Source: the human T2T-CHM13v2.0 reference genome, Homo sapiens. Taken from it: DNA of 64,000 nucleotides. Each line of letters begins with the position of its first letter. The stretch's first letter is position 1. The translations under genes and the position numbers were made by a program. The notes under the pieces were generated by a model. The model saw nothing but the letters and a program-made list of their open reading frames with translations, made no database searches and was not told the origin of the DNA. The stretch lies in the NCBI RefSeq assembly GCF_009914755.1, contig NC_060942.1. One strand, 5' to 3'. Of this stretch, positions 30,858 through 47,047 are shown in pieces.

Positions 30858-31148
30858 GTCTGGGCATGGTGGCTCACGCCTATAATTCCAGCACTTTGGG
30901 AGGCTGACTGAGGCCAGCGGATCACTTAAGGCCAGGAGTTCGAGACCAGCCTGGCCAACATGGTGAGACCTTGTCTCTACTAAAAATACAAAAATTAGCC
31001 GGGCGTGGTGGTGGGTGCTTTTAGCCCCAGCTACTCGGGAGGCTGAGGCACGAGAGTTCTTTGAACCCAGGAGGCGGAGGTTGCAGAGCCGAGATGACAC
31101 CGCTGCACTCCAGCCTAGGCAACAGAATGAGACTCAGTCCCAAAAAAA
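30858..31148 (+). mobile_element. Alu (S-type)
   Basis: Sense consensus; TSD aaaaatgtaatca. Confidence 0.95.
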
Positions 31149-31963
31149 TGTAATCAATCATTTCTTTATCACATAGCTTGCAATCACTTCTTAGTATTAT
31201 CTCACATGAAAACTTCGTCCCACTTCAGTCTTTAATGAGTTTAGAGCCAGATTTTGTTCCATTCATGAGGCTTGACAGCTCTTTAATTTCCTTGTGATAT
31301 GACACTGTTTAGTTCCAGACTGCTATGCATGTCATAACCAAAGAATTTGTTTTACGCCACTAATTTACTTCAAAGGTTCTGCATGGAAATATATTCAGTT
31401 AACATAATATCTCAGCCTGAGTGGGAAACTTTTAAATATAAGGAAATTCGGCTTACCTACTTGACAGTGTTTGCTGTCTCTCTCTCTCTCATCCCCTAAG
31501 TATACCAGCAGGCAGCCTCCTTAAAGTTGTTTCAAAGTTCTGTGTTCTTGAGATTATCAAATGATATTATTTAAAACAAAAATCCTTCTAGAAAACTTCC
31601 CTTATATAATGAATAATTACTTAGTCATTAAAGGGTAGCCAGAGATTTCATTTAACATGGCATACTGAATAAAACAGCATATTCTATCTACCACAAATTA
31701 GGTAGTGGCTTTACTTAGTATTTACTGATGTATGGTTTCATATATTATCTTTTCAGTAAAAGATTTATATAATGTTATTTCAAATACCTGGATGTTTGTG
31801 TTGAATCAAAAACCTGTGTTTTTGAGAGAGAATTTTTTTTACCCTTATGATAGTTTAACCCATCCTCCTAAAATTAGCCCCATCATGGTTACCTCAGCCC
31901 TGTCCTCATTTTTATTATATATTTTTAAAAAGTTTTTTGGTTTTGTTACTGTATTCCTAAATA

Positions 31964-32252
31964 CAGGTTGAGTATCCCTGAGCTGAAAGTTTGGGAACAG
32001 AAGTGTTTCAAATTTTAGATGTTTTTGGATCTTGGAATATTCAAATATACATAATATCTTGGGACTCTCTAATTGTGATATTTATTCTTGTTTCATACAT
32101 ACCTTATATGGATAGCTTGAAGGGACTTTTATAAAATAATTTTAATTTTGTGCATGACACAGTTCTGACTGTGACCCGTCACATGAGGTCAGATATGACA
32201 TTTTCCATGTGTAGTGTCATGTCAACCCTCAGTTTTGGATTTGGGGACCTGT
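31964..32252. mobile_element. Tigger4/MER46-like TcMar DNA transposon fossil
   Basis: ta-caggttgagtatccct start and ...ggacctg-ta end (TIR remnants with TA TSD). Confidence 0.7.
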
Positions 32253-32348
32253 AATAATGATTTAACTTAAACTATTACAAAAGAGTTCTTAATTGTTTGA
32301 GTGCATCTATTTTCATTCCCTTAAGTGAACTTTCTCTCCTTCCTCCAG

Positions 32349-32461
32349 CAAATGAAGAAACACCCCTGCCGCCAGTGTGACAAGTCTTTCAGCTCGTCCC
32401 ACAGCCTGTGCCGGCACAACCGGATCAAGCACAAAGGCATCAGGAAAGTGTACGCCTGCTC
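32349..32461 (+). CDS. ZNF532: ZNF532 internal coding exon (113 nt; not in ORF track)
   Basis: Acceptor tttctctccttcctccag|CAA, donor TC|gtaagt. QMKKHPCRQCDKSFSSSHSLCRHNRIKHKGIRKVYAC(S) is a canonical C2H2 finger; phase 0 in, phase 2 out. Confidence 0.95.
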
Positions 32462-32526
32462 GTAAGTCCTGGTTTCTAACGGAACGCAGTGAGAGGACTC
32501 AGGAGGAACCTCTGGAAGGTTTTTAG

Positions 32527-32978
<452 letters not shown>

Positions 32979-33921
32979 TGATCCCTGAGTGTCTTGGGGG
33001 AGCGATTGATTGGCAGTACAGGGTCTCTCTGCACATGTCGAGTTGGCCACATTGGCGAGGTGATTTGGCTAGCTTGTTTACTCAGGGCTGGTCACAGATT
33101 CAGTCCTCGGCTGGGCCCTTTGCCCCTTGGCTGCAGTCACCACTGAAGGTGGGGCAGCCTGTGACCAAATGCAAGGGACTGGGTGGGCCAACATCAACCC
33201 AGACTCCAGTGGACAGTCATAAGCTGCTGCTTCATACGTGAACACCAGAACGTATCTCATCATTAGTGAAAGGCTGTCACTCAGCTGGAATATACCTGGA
33301 GTGGGTTGATAAGAAGAAAGCATGTCTCATGAGAGAGAGAGAGACAAAGGACCCTGAGGCTAAAGCACTGAAATGTTACATGGATGTCAGTGCAGGCCAG
33401 ATGGACCCTATGGATCAGGAGACTTATGAAGGTTGGCTGTCAGATTCGCAGGGGGTTATGATAACCGGGTAGGAATCATCTGATTCAGTGAAATTGAAGC
33501 TGTTTAGTGAGATAAGAATGATTATGAATAAAGTATGTGTTGAGACCAAATCAAAAGAATCAGAATTTAGAAGGATGCTCTGGGCCAAGAAGACGATGGG
33601 AGATCTGGCCCATAATGCTTCACTGATAGGTTTTGTTTATTTCCCCATGAACTCACTGTAAAGCAGTAAAATGCTGGGATTGTTCTGCTAACTTACGGCC
33701 AACAAAAAATTCATCCTCATGGAGAGCCCTCGTCCTTTGGGGGTGGTGCTGGCTCCTGCCACTGCCCTGCAAGTGTCTCTAATGTGAGGTCATCAGGGTT
33801 TAGGGCCAATCAGTATGAATTCCTCCGAAGCTATTTTGAAGGCAGATTTGAGACCACAAGAGACTTTTTGTCCTTCCCTCAGTAGCATTCTTGATACCTG
33901 GTTTTATAGCATACATAATAA

Positions 33922-34275
<354 letters not shown>

Positions 34276-34763
34276 TAAGTTTTTCTTTGAAAAATAATTG
34301 ACCTATTTTTGATCTGCTTATCATCTACTGAGTGACCATACACACTCGACTGCCATGAGTATAAACATGCATGCTGCTTTTGTGCCTGGAAGAATTTGGC
34401 GCTGGACACTCATGTCTTTGTCAAGGCAGAGGACAGGGATAATTAACAGCAGCACAAAGGAGTCAAGGAGGGACCTTATACTAATGTGTTCAGCATGGTG
34501 CTCATTCTGAGAGAATACTGAGTCATTGTGAAAACTTCTTTTGAAATGCAATATTTTCCCTTTAAAATTAAAGCCATCTAGACCTGTAAATTAAGGGCCA
34601 CTCCTAGCAAAATTGCTGATTGCGTGTTGAACCATGGTGTGAACTCAGCTTATTGGACCTGTCTGTGTGAACTGACGGCTAAGGAGGACCTTCGACCGTG
34701 AGTTCTTCCACAGGAGCTTATTTTGTCAGCAAGTGCGTTATCTCCTTGCCTTTCACCCCACAG

Positions 34764-34911
34764 GCACTGCCCAGACTCCAGACGTACCTTTACCAAACGT
34801 TTGATGCTGGAGAAGCACGTCCAGCTGATGCATGGCATCAAGGACCCTGACCTGAAAGAAATGACAGATGCCACCAATGAGGAGGAAACAGAAATAAAAG
34901 AAGACACTAAG
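34764..34911 (+). CDS. ZNF532: ZNF532 penultimate coding exon (148 nt)
   Basis: Acceptor ctttcaccccacag|G, donor AAG|gtctaa (weak). HCPDSRRTFTKRLMLEKHVQLMHGIKDPDLKEMTDATNEEETEIKEDTK completes the finger begun in the previous exon; phase 2 in, phase 0 out. Confidence 0.93.
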
Positions 34912-35024
34912 GTCTAACATTGCAGATGTTTGCTTTACAGTGAAATTGTGTTGACTTGCTTTTCCCATTCATTTTTTTCCTTTCAAGTTTTTGTTGCATA
35001 GTTACAGTTTTAAAAATTCAGACT

Positions 35025-36533
<1,509 letters not shown>

Positions 36534-36619
36534 TCAGAGTGGGATTTAGAGCCCTGGAAGCAGACGCAGTAGGGGAAATGGTGTGAAGGTGAGGAGGCAG
36601 GAAAGGGTGGGGAAAGCTT

Positions 36620-37090
36620 CCAGAGGCTCTCAGTCTAAAAGCAAAATCCTGACACTCTCTCCCACAAGGGGCGTTACAGTTCACCTCCTGCAGTCTCCCT
36701 GAGCACTCCTTCCTACTGGCTCTAGCCCCTCTTCTGTTGCCCACTCACAGGCCTGTTCCCACCTTGGGCCTTGGCACTCACAGCTTCCTATGCCTGGACT
36801 GCTTTCCCGACACTGCGTCAGGTCTCTTTTCAAATGTCACCTGTCACCAGGCTGTCCCTGACCGTACCACATCACCTAGCAGCCACACATATACCCCCCC
36901 CTTGCTTCCCATGGCCTTCATCCCACCCTGCTTGGCTGTCCTGGGTCTGACATACTGCATATTTTCTCATTTGTTTCTGTTCATCTAACTCCGCTGCCAC
37001 AAATTCCAGGAAGCTAGGAGCTCATTTGTCCACTGTTGTGCCCCACTGGCAGAGCAATGCCTGCTAACAGCTACTAGGTTTCTCTGTGGA
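36620..37090 (+). mobile_element. L2 remnant
   Basis: cctgttcccaccttgggccttggcac...tctcttttcaaatgtcacct...tttgtccactgttgtgcccc. Confidence 0.75.
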
Positions 37091-37265
37091 GTGGAAGAAA
37101 GGCATGGGCCTCCGGGTGGGGTGGCAGACACAGCTTTAAAGCCCCTAAATCCCAAAGCGTTCAGCACAAGTTTTCCTGGCAGCTCTAAAGTAAGAGAACC
37201 GATCATTTATCAACCACCGTGAAGGATGGTTTTCAGTCGTGTCATTTGCTTTCTTTCCCTGAAAG

Positions 37266-37760
37266 GTCCCCAGTCCCAAGCGGAAGTTGGAAGAACCAGT
37301 TCTGGAGTTCAGGCCTCCCCGAGGAGCAATCACTCAACCACTGAAAAAGCTGAAAATCAATGTTTTTAAGGTTCACAAGTGTGCCGTGTGTGGCTTCACC
37401 ACCGAAAACCTGCTGCAATTCCACGAACACATCCCTCAGCACAAATCGGATGGTTCTTCCTACCAGTGCCGGGAGTGTGGCCTCTGCTACACGTCTCACG
37501 TCTCTCTGTCCAGGCACCTCTTCATCGTACACAAGTTAAAGGAACCTCAGCCAGTGTCCAAGCAAAATGGGGCTGGGGAAGATAACCAACAGGAGAACAA
37601 ACCCAGCCACGAGGATGAATCCCCTGATGGCGCCGTGTCAGACAGAAAGTGCAAAGTGTGCGCAAAAACTTTTGAAACTGAAGCTGCCTTAAATACTCAC
37701 ATGCGGACACACGGCATGGCCTTCATCAAATCCAAAAGGATGAGCTCAGCCGAGAAATAG
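37266..37760 (+). CDS. ZNF532: ZNF532 terminal coding exon (three C2H2-type fingers, PKRK NLS-like motif, stop TAG)
   Basis: Acceptor ttgctttctttccctgaaag|GTC. VPSPKRKLEEPVLEFRPPRG...HKCAVC...YQCREC...RKCKVCAKTFETEAALNTHMRTHGMAFIKSKRMSSAEK*; C-terminus recognised as ZNF532 (ZNF532/592/687 family). Confidence 0.95.
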   Translation, partial: VPSPKRKLEEPVLEFRPPRGAITQPLKKLKINVFKVHKCAVCGFTTENLLQFHEHIPQHKSDGSSYQCRECGLCYTSHVSLSRHLFIVHKLKEPQPVSKQNGAGEDNQQENKPSHEDESPDGAVSDRKCKVCAKTFETEAALNTHMRTHGMAFIKSKRMSSAEK

Positions 37761-39219
37761 CCACAGATGCTCCATGAGGAAAATCCCTGTCCACATTGGA
37801 ATAAAAAAGACATTTTTGTTACAAAGTTTGCAGTATAATAGAGTTAACAGTACTGTCTAGGCTGTTGCAATATATTCTCTTTCAATGTACCTTCCTTCAC
37901 CTCGTCGTATATATCCTCGATAAGTATTAAAACAGTATTTGAGTTTAAAAGAGTTTGTATATATTTAAATGAATAACTTTTTATACTCTTTGTTACATGT
38001 TTGTATCAGTATTTAGTGGAAAACCATTTGAGTTGTTTTGGGTTAGAATTTTTCTTTTTGTACTGTTTCTTTAAAACAGAGTTCTTAGTAACAGGGGCAG
38101 TTCCTGAATTCAAATAAACCATTTTGTATGTTTGGATTTTGAATGGGTTAACTAATTACAGGCTAAAATAATGCCTTTTTTAGTGTTTTTAATTTTTAGA
38201 ATTCACTACATAAATTGTAAGTAATTGTGGGTCTCAAAAACACTAGGAACTTTTAAGTGTCTTAGCACTTCCTCGATGTGCCTGCCCTGAGGGAGTGAGT
38301 TCACATTTGAGACAACTGCACTCCAGTGTGGACGTGCCTTTGTCTTCAGGCCATGCCGAAGGGTGTTTAAAGCAGTCTTGCAGGTCGCTCCTTTCCCAGC
38401 CGTGGATAAAAACTGAAGCTAGGAATCTAATAAGGAATGCTGATTTCCTCAGTTCCATTTTGAGGAATGGGGAAGGCTATTCTAAAGAAAAAAATGGGAT
38501 TTGTTTTCTCGGCAGATCTGCAAGGCTGGCTTTAAGAGCACAAGGAGGGAAAGTAACGAAAGGGCTGGACTACTATAAAAGTTACAAATACGTAGTTAGA
38601 CCAATAGATTTATATAGTCAGGTTTTTGTCATGTAATTTATTAACTAACTATTACAGAAACACAGCTAAGAATATCAAGTATTTCTCTGGCTCTTGACAG
38701 AAAAAAATCAGTTGACTTAACCCTTTGCTGTCAAAAGAGTTGGCGTTTCCTGTTCTGGGTGCTACTGCCAAACGTTATGGTACTTAGAGTCGGGATGCAC
38801 AACTTCAACCACCGACTTATCAATGCAGCCGCCTGTGTATTGCAATTGGCCGTTACCTTAAGCACTGAGCCACCCGGGTTTAGTTCAGCCATTTCAAGAA
38901 GTATATTTAACGTCGGTAGTTCTGCTTTATTAAAATGCAGCAGAGGTACTCTTCTGTCCCTTCCGTTTATAGTTCTCTGAGAGAGTTCTATTTTTTGGTT
39001 TTGTTTTGTGTTTTCTTTTGCATTTTGTATCTTGTATTTATCCCTGAACATGTTTTGTACCTTTTTTTTTTTTTTTTTTAAGAAAAGGAATTCTTTTGTG
39101 TATATATAGATACTTGCATGATATACTGTAGTCAATGTTCGGTTCCTCAAAAGGTCTTGCTGCTGTCAGGTGTTATGCACTCCATCCATCATAACTGTAT
39201 GAAACACATTTCATATGTA

Positions 39220-39225
39220 AATAAA
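39220..39225 (+). terminator. Polyadenylation signal (proximal candidate)
   Basis: AATAAA with upstream TGTA motifs and downstream GU-rich cttgtgcttctgtg. Confidence 0.65.
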
Positions 39226-39549
39226 CGTGGGACATTTGGCCCTTGTGCTTCTGTGAGAGAATTATTGATGGTGGGTCTCTGACATCTTTGTGAAGTTTGG
39301 GAAGTAATTAATTGCAGCGACAAGCTACAGGGTGTTGCAGAATTCTTCCCACTCAGAAGAATGGCATATTCGTTCTCATTAGTAATCAGCTATTTTGTCA
39401 CTTTCTTGTTGACTCCATCAGTACATGGGTACAATCCGAGGGTGTGAATTTCAGCTTGAAATTCCATTGCTGTTCCTTGTTTTGTTTGTATTGCTCTAAG
39501 TTGTATTCATAATAGCACTTTCATATGTTTCTGCATTTGAACCTTGCAA

Positions 39550-39700
39550 TAAGCCTGTGTGGTAGGCCACATAGGTCCGAATAACCTAGTTTTACAGTTG
39601 AGGGAGCTGAGCTCAGATTCAGTTCTTTGCCGAAGCCCTCATAGCTGGTAAGTGGCTTTGCATATTAGAACCCAAATATTTTGCTCTCTAAATCTAATGC
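39550..39700. mobile_element. MIR remnant inside the distal 3'UTR
   Basis: gttttacagttgagggagctgagctcag...catagctggtaagtggc...ttagaaccca. Confidence 0.65.
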
Positions 39701-39749
39701 TCGCTCTATGTGGTTATGTACATATTGACAAATATTCATTTATTCAACA

Positions 39750-39755
39750 AATAAA
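39750..39755 (+). terminator. Polyadenylation signal (distal)
   Basis: AATAAA, upstream TGTA at 39717, downstream atttttgtttttgg. Confidence 0.7.
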
Positions 39756-40431
39756 AAGTATGTACAAAACATGATACAGAATTTTTGTTTTTGGCACTAT
39801 GGCTTTATAAATAACCTGAAAGTCTTTCTACTCTTAAATACCCAGAGATGCTTAATATAAAATTAACACCTGGTAAATGCATAGGTGAGAATACAAGAAA
39901 ATTTTAAAAAATGCCCAGAGGTCCAAAATGAAGAAACCAAAATCTAGATTCTAGAAAAACACTACACAGTGCTGTAACCCTGGGGGAAAACCTGGATTGT
40001 TCAGCTGAAGAGGAAATTGGTAAACTGGAAGATAGCCCTTGAGAAAATTAGCCTCAGCACAGAGATAAAGTGATGTTTCCAATACGAAAGAGAGGTTAGG
40101 AATCAAGGACAAAATGAGAAGATCCAGCTTCAGTTTAATGGAAGTTCCAGAAAGGGGGACTAGAGAGAACTGGGAAGGTCAGTGTAGAAAATCTTAGCCA
40201 TTAATGAAAGACATTAATACTTGGATCAACAGTGAATGCTCAACAAAAATCATGCTGGGACATAAATTCTGCCCATTCTTCATTAGTTGTAGATGCTGGG
40301 TGTGGGCATTTGAGGAGGAGGATAACATGAGGTATGCTTAATTCTTAGGAAGTCCATGTACTCTTGAGTGCAGAAGTGAGAGCTAAGCCTGGAAGCAAAG
40401 GCTTAGGCCAAGTTGTAAAAACCCTTGAATG

Positions 40432-41800
<1,369 letters not shown>

Positions 41801-42584
41801 TGTAAAAATTAAGAGTTGATTACCAGGAAGATGATCTTAAGTTTCAGGTATACATACAAATTATGCTTTTGTTTTTATGTGTTTGGGTGATATATCAATA
41901 GCTGAGTAACAAATGCATACAAAAGAATGCCAGCAAAACGTTACTTGCAAAATGAGAAAAAGGAAAATGTAGGCTTACACTGCATGGCAAAGACCACTTC
42001 CTTCCTCCCAAGCACGTTTTCTGCAAATTCCTTACTCCTACCACAGCAAGTAGTCCAAAGAACAGCTGTTCTACCCTGAAGCTCTGGTGGGCATGCCTCA
42101 CCAGTGTCAGCAGGCTAGTGAGTTTCCATCCTAGGATCTTTGACCAACAGTGAAATTTCCTCTTGAAATTTTTGGGCAGCCAAGAAATTTATAAAATATG
42201 ACTCAGAGGAACCCTTCATCTATCCCAAAGGATAGTCTGAAAATAAAAAGTAATGTGCCAAATGTAGGATGCTATTTGTGCAATTTACACACACACGCAT
42301 GCACACACACGCACACACACACGCTTTGCAAATATCAGATGCTGTAAGGATTCCAGATTGTAGCTCTTAATTTTAACATACATCTTCTAAACAAAGAACC
42401 TACCCTTAATTACCTTAAAAACTTGGCTCCTACTCAAGAGGTGTAACTCACTCTGCTTAAATGCATCCTTGAAACTTCTTGTTTTCTTTGACAATTTTTG
42501 TTTTTCTTTTCTCAGTTATGAATCTCACACCCTTACCGAGTTAGCTGTAAGCCTTTGGAATATGACAATGTGAATGTCTTTCTT

Positions 42585-43625
42585 TATAAAGATCATGATA
42601 ACCAGAAAACAATCTATAGTAGATGCACAGAACATAAATAGAAAGGATTATTCATAACATCCCACTACAGCAGTCAAACCACAAACCATCCAGCAAGACA
42701 GGGAGAAACAAAATACATCCCCAACAACCAGAAAACAAATTACAAAATGGCAGTAATAAGTTCTCACCTGTCAGTAGTTACTTTGAATGTAAATGGGTTA
42801 AATTTTCTAATATGAGGACAGAGTGGCTGAATGGATTAAAAAAAAGACCTAAGTACCCGACTGTATGCTGCCTACAAGAGACTCAACTCTCTTAAGGATG
42901 CACATAGACTGAAAATGAAGGAATGAGAAGATACTGTATGCAAATGGAACCAGAAGAGAGCAGAGGGTAGCTATACCTACATCAGACAAAGCAACTTTAA
43001 GTCAGAAGCAATAAAAGAGACAAAGGACATTATATAACAATGAAAGGGTCAATTCATCAAGAGGATACAATAATTATAAATGTATCCAACATTGAATGAA
43101 GCACCTAAATATATAAAGCAAATATTAATAGATCTGAAGGGAGATAGAAACTATAATACAATAATAGTAGGGGACATCAATACCCCACTTTCAATAATGG
43201 ATTACCATCCAGACAGAAAATTAATAAGGAAACATTGGACTTGAACTACACTTTATGACCTGACAGACATATACAGAACATCCCATCCAACAGCAACAGG
43301 ATACACATTTTTCTCAAGTACACACAGAACTTTCTCCAGGATGGATCATATGTTTGGCTGCAATACAAATCTAAACAAATTTCAGGGGATCAAAATTACC
43401 TTAAGTATCTTTTCTGACCACAATGGTGTGAAACTTGAAATCAGTAACAGGAGAAATCTTGGAAAATTCACAAATAAGTAGAAATTAAACAACATGGGTC
43501 AAAGAAGAAATAAAAAAGAAAATCAAAAAAATCTTGAGACAAATAGCAACTATGTACCAAACACCTATGGGATGCAGCAGAAGCCATTCCAAGAGGGAAA
43601 TTTATAGCAAGAAATGCCCATATTT
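42585..43625 (+). mobile_element. Degenerate L1 fragment covering the ORF2 endonuclease region
   Basis: aaaatggcagtaataag...actttgaatgtaaatgggttaaat (TLNVNGLN), tgctgcctacaagagactca (CCLQET), atagtaggggacatcaatacccca (IVGDxNTP), tctgaccacaatgg (SDHN); multiple stops and frameshifts. Confidence 0.92.
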
Positions 43626-45579
43626 CTGTGAAAAGTCTCTCTTCATGCTACTAGAAGTTTCTGGAGTAGCCAGTTGTCATTCTATAGTCACTGTTACCCC
43701 CAATCAACCCATTCTGAACAGCCCAGCCTCAGTTCACATGGTTTGAGTATAAGGCTGAATTTGAGACTAGGCTACTCTCAGTCTTTTCAGAGTATTTTCT
43801 TTTCACATCCATTTTTTCTTCACAGTCCCAATGGATTTTGAATGTTTTAGTAACGATTCAATACATTGGATAAAACTTTAATGATCTTAGCCTACATTTT
43901 TCTAGGCATTTGCTCATTTATATTTGCTGCCTTCTTTGGAAATCTAGATTTGGGGGTACCCTAGATCCTGTTTCAATTAAGGTCCCAGCAGAATGCAGTG
44001 CAGCACACTGCAAAAGGTTTAACTTTCAAGAAATTAAGGAAGGGACTATACACAGAGCTGTGTGCTGGAACAAGGCCTGAGAAGCCTGAGTAGGGGTGGA
44101 AGCTGGAGCTGTGGGAAAAGGGCACTCAGGAAGAGCCACTGCCAGAGCCACAGTGAAGCCAGGAAGGTGTGGGGAGCGGAATCACCAGGAGGCCCTCTCA
44201 TCACACTCAAAGATTTCCTGCCCGCACCTCCCACCTGCCAAAGCTAAATACAAGCTAGATGACAAGGCAGCCACAGTAATAGTCTATAGATGTCCGTGTG
44301 TTGGGCACAAAACAGGACAAAGAAGGGTGGATGAAGGATCTGGGTTTCCGAGTGGGAGGTTATAATGATCACTGACACGTGGCATGCACTTTCAGGAGTG
44401 CGTGTTCTATGCCTGTTTTGTCAACATGCATTTTGTCCCCTACAGGCAGGCTCTCCAATGGAATACGGTACTTCAGATTCTACATTTACCCTTTCTAATT
44501 ACCTTGCCAGGTTTCTCCTGGAATTATACCTTTTCCCTAGTGGTTATTTTTATGCAAGGAAACAGAATCACATTTCCCAGAAGATATTCCTTACCAGTTT
44601 CTAAATTCAATTTATGAGGTTAGTTCTGACTCATCACGTAGCGCTATTTATAATGTTTCCCAGTATTTAAGGGAACTGATTATTAAATTTGCTGTGCTAT
44701 TTTATTGCAAGCTGCTTTATCCTTGAGCTTTTCTTATAGTTAGAACTGTACATTACATGACCATGGCAGATCTATTTGCAAATACAATCCTTGGCAAGAC
44801 CATGTTTTCACCCGGGGGAGTTCTATAATTAGAGTCCACCATAGCACACCTCCAAGTCCAACTCAGTTCCAGAAAGTGTGGGTTTCGCCCCTGAGTCCAT
44901 GAGTCATTTCCTGACCTTCAGGTCATGTCATGCTTAATTGGATTGGTTATTTTTGGAGAACAAATGCTATTTGTTTTTTAAAAAAGAACAAGGTAGGCAC
45001 AGGTCCGCTGATCAGAGAGGATGGTGTGATGTTGACAAGAGTTAACGGGAAGTAGAGCAACATCTTCCACCCTTTCCAAGGTGGAAACAGATGCATCTGT
45101 AAGCAGGAGTAATGAATGTCTCTACTTTGCCAGTTCAGCACCTGAACTTCCCTTTCCAGTGTTGGGGGTACCTGCCATTGTATGAATCTTGGCAAGAGAT
45201 AGATCTTACCTCCCACTGCAGAATCCAGAAGGTCACTCACCCTGACTCCCAGCAGCCTAACTTCAGGCACGGGATGACCAAAACTATGCTCCTGCTCGAC
45301 TCTTCAGTAGGTGATACAAAGGAGCGGGCCAGTTCAACACCATTTGTCTGGTGGCGTGATGGCAGCATAGTGGCAATGGCCGTGGTGACTCTGAATTGAG
45401 AGTAGACTTGTGAACTGTTTGTCAAGGTGAGGGAAGTCAGTTTGTCTTTAAGGAACTACTGAATGTCTTGGACACAAGCAGTGCCAACATCATGGGGAGA
45501 ACCTAAAGTTTAGACTCTTGGTTCCCTCTGAATAAGACACCAGCTAAACAACATGCCAGTCTCTGTTGTTTCAGAAGAG

Positions 45580-46030
45580 ACCAAAATAAATGGAAGCGAG
45601 TGCCTTTCAATTGCTATAAGACCAGCCCCGGAAGACCTCCCTGCTCCCGTCACCATATCTAACCTCACCTCCTATCACTTCCCCCTACTCCCATGTCACT
45701 CCTTTTCGTTCCTATCCACGATTCATATTCCTGTTACAGGACCTTGGCACATGCTCTTCCTTCTCGTGGAATGCTCTTTCCCCAGTTCTCATGAGGGTTT
45801 TTCACATGTTTCACATCCGGTCCATGCAGAAGTCCCCCGCCTGGAGAGCCTTCCCCAATTCCCTTACTGAAATGTGCCCACCCCACTGAGCACACACCTG
45901 CTTTGCCACTCTCCATCTCCGCTTCCCATTATTTTTCTCCCTGGCACTTATCACTGCCTGACATGATATGCTTATGTGCTAAGTGTCTGCCATCCCCTGG
46001 AAGAATGTTCTAAGATTTTCCATGAACTCT
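45580..46030 (+). mobile_element. L2 remnant
   Basis: caggaccttggcacatgctcttcc...gagccttcccc...tttttctccctggcacttatcactgcctgacat. Confidence 0.7.
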
Positions 46031-46762
46031 CTGCTTGCTTTCTAATCTGAAACTGCCATTTCCTCTCATTGCAAGAGGCATTCTTCCTTTTGCGGCCTGA
46101 GAGCAGTGGGTATTAGTTATATTTTCCCCTTTGATCCTTATTCTGGACAGTCAAAACTGATCCTTGTTTTCTCAAACCCATTGCCAAGTGATGGGAGCCC
46201 GAATGCCCTTTCCTTTTTAATAGTTACTTGAATAAAGTGACCGTGTCATAAATAATAGCACCAGCCGGTTGATTGCTGCTGCTTCCGGAAACGTTAGAGG
46301 CCTGCTTTCAGGAAACGAAGGCATTATTTATTTTCATGTCCTATTTTTATGCCCAGCAAACTGCTTGCAAAAAACAAAAAACAAAAAACAAAACAGGTAC
46401 CTAAAATATTTTTGTAAAATGACTGAGCTTCCTTGAGCCTTGATTAGTCATAATTTTTTTTTTCTTAGGGGTTGGGACAAACAGAAGGATCTTGAGCTAT
46501 TAATTACCCAGAAGTAAGATCCTCTTTTTCTTTTTTATTTAGGTAGTATTTTTAAACCATTGTAAGTGGTTTTTATTCCTAATGATTAAAATGTGGAGGT
46601 GGGTTCTGCTCATTATATTTTTTCTCCACTTGAAAAAAGATGAAGTATTTAATGCTGAATTCTAAAAGCAATGTCATTCTTACTTTCAGTGACTACATGA
46701 CATCAGCAACTAACCCGGGAATAAATCCAAGTTTCAGAGATTTTTCTGTTTAATCATTCATA

Positions 46763-47047
46763 CAGACTTCCCTTGGTATTGGCAGTGGAAAAGTTCCAGA
46801 ACCACTTCCTGTGGATACCAAAATCCACTGATATTCCTGGATATAAAATGGTCTAGTATTTGCATATAATCTACATTCTCCTCTATACTTTAAATCATCT
46901 CTACAGTACGTACAACACCTAATACGATATAAGTACTTGTTACACTATATTGTTTTATTTGTATTTTTAAAAGTTGTTTTTTTTTTCCCCTCTGAATCTT
47001 CTTTCCACCATTGATTCAATCTGTGGATTTGAAACCAGCAGACTGCA
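46763..47047 (+). mobile_element. MER2 (TcMar-Tigger) fossil
   Basis: ggataccaaaatccac...gatataaaatggtctagtatttgcatataatctac matches recalled MER2 consensus. Confidence 0.8.

Larger units (their letters stand above)
37761..39775 (+). other. ZNF532: ZNF532 3'UTR (longest form, approximate end)
   Basis: Alu-free AU-rich sequence after the stop, with AATAAA at 37800, 38113, 39220 and 39750; the last is followed by CA and a U-rich tract (39782-39792). Confidence 0.8.

Noticed and set aside
42585-43625. L1 endonuclease as a coding gene
   Set aside because: Multiple stops and frameshifts; a dead fragment.
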